Below are positions 58,739-64,000 of a stretch of DNA of 64,000 nucleotides, piece after piece; within the stretch, counting starts at the first letter, position 1, and each line of letters starts with the position of its first letter. The DNA comes from an uncultured Phycisphaerales bacterium (GTDB lineage: Bacteria; Planctomycetota; Phycisphaerae; Sedimentisphaerales; Anaerobacaceae). The notes below the pieces were generated by a model that made no database searches, was not told the DNA's origin, and saw only the letters and a program-made list of their open reading frames with translations. Location: assembly GCA_963718665.1 (NCBI GenBank), contig OY970359.1, positions 1,696,001-1,760,000 on the forward strand. The letters are read 5' to 3'. Position numbers and translations under genes: made by a program.

Positions 58739-60037
58739 ATGGATGCCGGCGACAAAAAGCGTATGAATGGCTCAGGGACACGTCCTACATGTGTTCGTTA
58801 CTGGGTCGTTGTGTTCGCTGTCACTCTATCCGTCATTACCTATATTGACCGGGTTTGCATTTCGCAGGCGGCGCCGGCGATGAGCAAAGACCTCGGCTTT
58901 TCGACCAAACAGATGGGCTGGGCGTTTTCGGCGTTTTTCTGGGCTTATGCCCTGTTCGAAATTCCCAGCGGCTGGCTGGGCGACCGCATCGGCGCACGCA
59001 AAGTCCTGATGCGGGTGGTTATGTGGTGGTCGTTTTTCACGGCTGCGACGGGTTGGGTATTCAGTTTAATTTCGTTAGTAATTACCCGCGCAATGTTCGG
59101 CGCGGGCGAAGCGGGGTGTTTCCCGAATCTGACCAAGGCGTTTACCGTCTGGCTTCCAAAATCTGAGCGGGTTCGTGCTCAGGGCATAACGTGGCTTAGC
59201 GCAAGATGGGGCGGCGCATTCACGCCTTTGCTGGTCGCCCTGATTTTGCAGCATATCTCCTGGCGTCACACCTTCGGATTATTCGGCCTGCTGGGCGTGG
59301 TATGGGCGATTTTCTTTTATATCTGGTATCGAGACAACCCCCGCGATAATAAAAGCATCAACGAAGCGGAGCTGGCGATTTTGCCTCGCCAGCAGGATGT
59401 GGTACTCGGACACGACAAAATCCCATGGGGGAAACTGGTAGCTTCTAAAACCGTCTGGCTCCTGTGGTTTCAATTTGCCTGCCTGAATTTCGGAGCAGTT
59501 TTTTATATAACCTGGCTGCCAACCTACCTGCGCGAAGGGCGAGGTATGGATATAACTTATGGCGCGTTATTGGCGGGCTTTCCGTTATTTTTCGGCGGGC
59601 TTGGTTCGCTGTTCTGCGGCTACATAGCCGCACCACTTGCAAGGTTGCTCGGCAGCACGCTATTCGCAAGAAGATTACTCGCGGCAGTCGGGTTTTTCGG
59701 TGCGGCATCCTGCCTGGCGATATCGACTTTCATTCCCAATCCGTGGCTGGCAATGGTAGTTATGGGTTTGGCCAGTTTCTGCAATGATTTGGTGATGCCG
59801 ACAAGCTGGGGCGCGTGTATGGATATAGGCGGGAAATTCTCGGGGACGCTGTCCGGCAGTATGAATATGATGGGCAATTTCGGCGGTGGGCTTGCCGCCA
59901 TCGTTATCGGCTATATTCTCGCCTGGTCAAATCATAACTGGAACGCCGTCCTGTATGTCGCCGCGGGCGTGTATTTTCTCGGCACATTCTGCTGGCTTGT
60001 TATTGACCCCGTAACCCCAATAGATAACAGGAGTTAA
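58739..60037 (+). CDS. MFS transporter, anion:cation symporter family (sugar-acid type)
   Basis: YIDRVCIS, YALFEIPSGWLGDRIGAR, RAMFGAGEA; many TM segments. Confidence 0.9.
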   Translation: MDAGDKKRMNGSGTRPTCVRYWVVVFAVTLSVITYIDRVCISQAAPAMSKDLGFSTKQMGWAFSAFFWAYALFEIPSGWLGDRIGARKVLMRVVMWWSFFTAATGWVFSLISLVITRAMFGAGEAGCFPNLTKAFTVWLPKSERVRAQGITWLSARWGGAFTPLLVALILQHISWRHTFGLFGLLGVVWAIFFYIWYRDNPRDNKSINEAELAILPRQQDVVLGHDKIPWGKLVASKTVWLLWFQFACLNFGAVFYITWLPTYLREGRGMDITYGALLAGFPLFFGGLGSLFCGYIAAPLARLLGSTLFARRLLAAVGFFGAASCLAISTFIPNPWLAMVVMGLASFCNDLVMPTSWGACMDIGGKFSGTLSGSMNMMGNFGGGLAAIVIGYILAWSNHNWNAVLYVAAGVYFLGTFCWLVIDPVTPIDNRS

Positions 60038-60098
60038 GATTTCAACGGTCAACCGCGGCAAAAAAAATTTTCCAGAATTTTCTTTACACGGGCTAAAT

Positions 60099-60310
60099 CT
60101 GGTGTATCCTGCCGAATTCGTGTAGCCGAGTTTCTTCTTTGCTGTTTGTCTGTTCAAGGGCAGGAAGAAAACGGGGGACCCGAAGTTGACCGACCCGTCT
60201 TCGCCTTTGGCTATGCCGAGGCGGGAAGGTCTTGGGGCGAATATCGAGTAAAATCGATTAAGGTGCTTGGTGCCTGAGTCCGACAGCTAACCTCGTAGGC
60301 GTTACACCAG
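60099..60310 (+). promoter_or_regulatory. c-di-AMP (ydaO/yuaA) riboswitch
   Basis: GCCGAAT..ACGGGGGACC..TTGGGGCGAAT..CCGACAGCTAACCTCGTAGGCG; flanking CTGGTGTA/TACACCAG; upstream of kdp. Confidence 0.85.
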
Positions 60311-60312
60311 GG

Positions 60313-60340
60313 TAAACCAGGGGTAGTTTTCTGGTTTGTT
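60313..60340 (+). terminator. Possible riboswitch expression-platform terminator
   Basis: AAACCAGGGG-loop-TTTTCTGGTTT-GTT. Confidence 0.45.
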
Positions 60341-60428
60341 GCGCGTTTGGTCTAACCTGCCTCAAAACAGACATCTCGGCGAAAATTATTTGCGGGAAAA
60401 GTCCGCGCCAAAGGCAAGGAGTTGTATT

Positions 60429-60518
60429 ATGATTTGGGCGTATTGGGTTAGCGGGATTCTTACGGTGCTGCTTATGATTTATCTTGTCGTGGCAGTGCTG
60501 CTGGCGGAGAAATTCTAA
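60429..60518 (+). CDS. kdpF: K+-transporting ATPase subunit F
   Basis: 29-aa TM peptide ending YLVVAVLLAEKF; AAGGAG RBS. Confidence 0.9.
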   Translation: MIWAYWVSGILTVLLMIYLVVAVLLAEKF

Positions 60519-62260
60519 TGACTTACGGGATAATACAAATTGTTCTGTTCCTGTCTGTGGTTTTGTTATTGGTCAAGCCGCTTGGGTGGTATATGGCGAG
60601 GGTGTATGAAAACAAGCCCTGCGGCCTGGACCGGATACTTGGGCCGGTCGAGCGTGCGATTTATCGGCTCTGCGGGGTCAACCCTGCCAATGAGATGGGC
60701 TGGCAGAGATATACCGTCGCGATGATTGCTTTTAACGCGGCTGGTTTTGTCGTTTTGTATGCCTTGATGCGATTGCAGGGCTTTTTGCCTTTGAACCCGC
60801 AGCATTTTCCCGCTGTGCCTTCAGACATGGCATTCAATACGACTGTCAGTTTTATTACTAATACCAACTGGCAGGCATACGGCGGCGAGACCACGATGAG
60901 TTACCTGACTCAGATGCTCGGCTTGGCGGTGCAGAATTTTGTGTCCGCGGCGAGCGGTATGGCGGTGTTAGTCGCTTTAATCCGCGGATTTGTTCGCCGA
61001 AACAGCCAGACAATCGGCAACTTCTGGGTCGATTTGACCCGCTCGCTCTTGTATATCCTCATCCCTCTATCGCTGATAATTGCAATCCTTCTTGCGTCGC
61101 AGGGCGTTGTGCAGACGTTCAAGCCATATCCGATGGCGACGCTTGTTGAGCCGGTTACGCTTGTTGACGGCAATAGTGTTGCTGAGCAGACAATCGCGGT
61201 GGGGCCTGCAGCTTCGCAGATTGCCATCAAGCAACTGGGCACTAACGGCGGCGGATTTTTCAACGCTAACTCCGCTCATCCGCTTGAGAATCCTACGCCA
61301 TTGTCGAATTTTCTTGAGATGCTGGCGATACTTTTGATTCCGGGGGCGCTTTGCTACACATTCGGCAAAATGGCGGGCGATACGAAACAGGGCTGGGCGA
61401 TACTGGCCTCGATGGTAATTATTTTTGTGTGCCTGCTGGTCCTGTGCTGCTGGTCGGAGCAAAAAGGGACACCGCAACTTGCCTCAGCGGGTGCGGACCT
61501 GCAACCAAGCGCGACGCAAAGCGGCGGCAATATGGAGGGCAAGGAAGTCCGCTTCGGCATTTTCAATTCCGCCTTGTTTGCCACGATGACGACGGGGACA
61601 TCCTGCGGGGCTGTAAACTCGATGCACGATTCTTATACGCCTTTGGGCGGAATGGTCCCGATGTGGCTGATACAATTGGGAGAGGTGATTTTCGGCGGCG
61701 TCGGCTCGGGGCTTTACGGGATGCTGGTTTTCGCGATTCTGGCGGTATTCATCGCTGGGTTAATGGTAGGCCGAACGCCTGAATACTTAGGCAAAAAAAT
61801 TGAAAGTTTTGAAATGAAGATGGCTTCGCTGGTAATACTATTGCCGATATTTCTGGCATTGATTGGCACGGCTGTAGCCGTGGCGACAAAAGCGGGACAA
61901 GCGGGCGCATTCAATCCCGGTCCTCACGGCTTCAGTGAAATTCTTTACGCCTATTCGTCGGCGTCGAACAATAACGGCAGCGCCTTTGCCGGTATTAACT
62001 GTAACACGCCGTTTTATAATTACACCTTGGCCATGGCTATGCTCGGCGGGCGATACCTGTTCAAAATTCTTGTGCTGGCAATCGCCGGGTCGCTGGCGGC
62101 GAAGAAGTATGTCCCCGCAAGCGCAGGGACGCTGAGCACATCTGGCCCGATGTTTGTCATCCTGCTGATTAGCGTCGTTATCGTGGTGGGTGCGTTAAGC
62201 TTTATACCGGCCCTGGCCTTGGGGCCGATTGTGGAACATTTGATGATGATTGGCAGATAA
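60518..62260 (+). CDS. kdpA: K+-transporting ATPase subunit A
   Basis: [38 protein letters not shown]. Confidence 0.98.
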   Translation: MTYGIIQIVLFLSVVLLLVKPLGWYMARVYENKPCGLDRILGPVERAIYRLCGVNPANEMGWQRYTVAMIAFNAAGFVVLYALMRLQGFLPLNPQHFPAVPSDMAFNTTVSFITNTNWQAYGGETTMSYLTQMLGLAVQNFVSAASGMAVLVALIRGFVRRNSQTIGNFWVDLTRSLLYILIPLSLIIAILLASQGVVQTFKPYPMATLVEPVTLVDGNSVAEQTIAVGPAASQIAIKQLGTNGGGFFNANSAHPLENPTPLSNFLEMLAILLIPGALCYTFGKMAGDTKQGWAILASMVIIFVCLLVLCCWSEQKGTPQLASAGADLQPSATQSGGNMEGKEVRFGIFNSALFATMTTGTSCGAVNSMHDSYTPLGGMVPMWLIQLGEVIFGGVGSGLYGMLVFAILAVFIAGLMVGRTPEYLGKKIESFEMKMASLVILLPIFLALIGTAVAVATKAGQAGAFNPGPHGFSEILYAYSSASNNNGSAFAGINCNTPFYNYTLAMAMLGGRYLFKILVLAIAGSLAAKKYVPASAGTLSTSGPMFVILLISVVIVVGALSFIPALALGPIVEHLMMIGR

Positions 62261-62262
62261 TT

Positions 62263-64000
62263 ATGAATGATAATGCAAAAAAGACCAAGTTGTTTGACTG
62301 GGCAATAGTCCGGCCTGCTATCGTGGATTCGTTCTGCAAGCTCAGTCCGCGCAGACAATTCCGAAACCCCGTGATGTTCGTAGTGCTCGTCGGCAGCGTC
62401 CTGACAAGCTTATTGTTTGTTCAGGCCATCATTGGAAAAGGCGAGGCTGGCCCGTGGTTTATTCTTGGTATTTCGCTGTGGTTGTGGTTTACGGTCCTGT
62501 TTGCCAATTTTGCCGAAGCAATGGCCGAAGGACACGGCAGGGCGCAGGCGGATAGTTTAAGAAAAGCCCGCAGAGACCTGGTTGCAAAAAAACTCACCTC
62601 TCCCCACCATGGCTCCCCATACGAGTCGATACTGGCGTCGGTGCTGGAAGTGGGCGACGTCGTCCTCGTTGAAGCGGGCGATTTTATTCCAATCGACGGA
62701 GAGGTTGTCGAAGGCGTGGCCTCGGTGGATGAAAGCGCGGTTACCGGTGAAAGCGCGCCGGTCATTCGTGAAAGCGGCGGAGACAGGTCGGCAGTTACAG
62801 GAGGGACACGCATTATTTCGGACTGGTTAGTCATACGTGTTACCGCGGAATCGGGCAATACATTTTTAGACCGTATGATAGCGATGGTAGAAGGGGCCAA
62901 ACGCCAAAAGACGCCCAACGAAATTGCCCTTACAATTCTGTTGGCGGCGCTGACTATTATTTTTCTTGTGGTTACAGCGACGCTGCTTCCTTATTCATAT
63001 TACAGCGTTCTGCAGGCGCATCAGGGCGAGGTCGTAACGATTACCGTGCTTGTGGCGTTATTAGTTTGCCTTGCGCCGACAACCATAGGCGCATTGCTTT
63101 CCGCAATCGGGATAGCGGGTATGAGCCGGCTAAGCCAGGCCAATGTTGTGGCTATGTCGGGCCGGGCGGTAGAGGCGGCGGGCGACGTGGATGTGCTGCT
63201 GTTGGATAAAACCGGAACCATCACGTTGGGTAATCGCCAGGCAACGGAATTTATCACCGCGGACGGTGTGTCGATTGAGGATTTGGCTGACGCCGCACAG
63301 CTTGCCTCGCTGGCGGATGAAACTCCTGAGGGCAGGAGTATTGTCGTGCTCGCAAAGCAGCAATATAACCTGCGGGGAAGGGACATTGAGAAATTAGGCG
63401 CCAAATTTATTCCTTTTTCCGCCCAGACGCGAATGAGCGGCGTTGACCTCGATGGCAGACAGATTCGCAAAGGCGCGGTGGACGCGATTGAACAATTCGT
63501 TAAAAGTCACGGCGGGGTAACTCCTGATAAAATCCGGCAGATGAGCCAGAAAATTGCCAAAAGTGGCGGCACGCCTTTGGTTGTGGCAGACGGGGCAAAG
63601 GCGCTTGGGGTTATACATCTCAAGGACATTGTCAAAGGCGGCATCAAAGAACGGTTCGTCGATTTGCGCAGGATGGGCATCAAGACGGTGATGATTACCG
63701 GGGATAACCCGATGACCGCGGCGGCGATTGCCGCTGAAGCGGGCGTGGACGACTTTTTAGCGGAGGCAACGCCTGAAGCGAAACTTGAACTGATTCGGAG
63801 ATATCAGGCACAGGGGCATTTGGTGGCGATGACGGGCGACGGAACCAACGATGCGCCGGCGCTGGCCCAGGCGGACGTGGCGGTAGCGATGAATACAGGC
63901 ACGCAGGCAGCCAAAGAGGCGGGCAATATGGTTGACCTGGATTCCAACCCGACCAAGCTGCTCGATATCGTGCAAATAGGCAAGCAAACGCTGATGACCC
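62263..64000 (+). CDS. kdpB: K+-transporting ATPase subunit B (cut by the window end)
   Basis: Read by hand: [52 protein letters not shown]. Confidence 0.97.
   Translation, partial: MNDNAKKTKLFDWAIVRPAIVDSFCKLSPRRQFRNPVMFVVLVGSVLTSLLFVQAIIGKGEAGPWFILGISLWLWFTVLFANFAEAMAEGHGRAQADSLRKARRDLVAKKLTSPHHGSPYESILASVLEVGDVVLVEAGDFIPIDGEVVEGVASVDESAVTGESAPVIRESGGDRSAVTGGTRIISDWLVIRVTAESGNTFLDRMIAMVEGAKRQKTPNEIALTILLAALTIIFLVVTATLLPYSYYSVLQAHQGEVVTITVLVALLVCLAPTTIGALLSAIGIAGMSRLSQANVVAMSGRAVEAAGDVDVLLLDKTGTITLGNRQATEFITADGVSIEDLADAAQLASLADETPEGRSIVVLAKQQYNLRGRDIEKLGAKFIPFSAQTRMSGVDLDGRQIRKGAVDAIEQFVKSHGGVTPDKIRQMSQKIAKSGGTPLVVADGAKALGVIHLKDIVKGGIKERFVDLRRMGIKTVMITGDNPMTAAAIAAEAGVDDFLAEATPEAKLELIRRYQAQGHLVAMTGDGTNDAPALAQADVAVAMNTGTQAAKEAGNMVDLDSNPTKLLDIVQIGKQTLMT

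Overview
Bacterial chromosomal window. Prepilin/H-X9-DG, PEP-CTERM and dockerin-like C-terminal proteins suggest a planctomycete, probably Phycisphaerae (inference). Region 1 (0.5-7.1 kb) is an operon for a large exported TPR/CBM9/LamG protein, a histidine kinase and two tandem OmpR-type regulators. Region 2 (8-25.7 kb) has housekeeping genes (cysM, PPi-type pfk, pnuC, ftsY, a ParA-CBM48 fusion, an atypical E2) mixed with a repeat-dense accessory zone. That zone holds a candidate HNH/DGQH-motif defence operon, a BrnTA toxin-antitoxin pair, a complete IS5-like element, an HNH-AP2 gene, REP-like elements and a strongly structured candidate ncRNA. Region 3 is a 29,490-bp island between tRNA-Gly(CCC) and a 47-bp copy of its 3' part. 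It begins with a diverged copy of the GH5 gene that lies beyond attR, and it carries an amber-interrupted archaeal-type integrase and res-like sites. It also carries a phosphate module (secreted nucleases and phosphatases plus ppk2, HD, guanylate-kinase-like, CHAD, ppx, ppk1) marked by TAACA boxes at 11-bp spacing. Region 4 has three more GH5 genes, an MFS transporter, and a c-di-AMP riboswitch ahead of kdpF-kdpA-kdpB (kdpB cut by the window edge). Five frameshifts sit in simple repeats and are probably sequencing errors. All family calls come from motif recognition by eye, not database searches.
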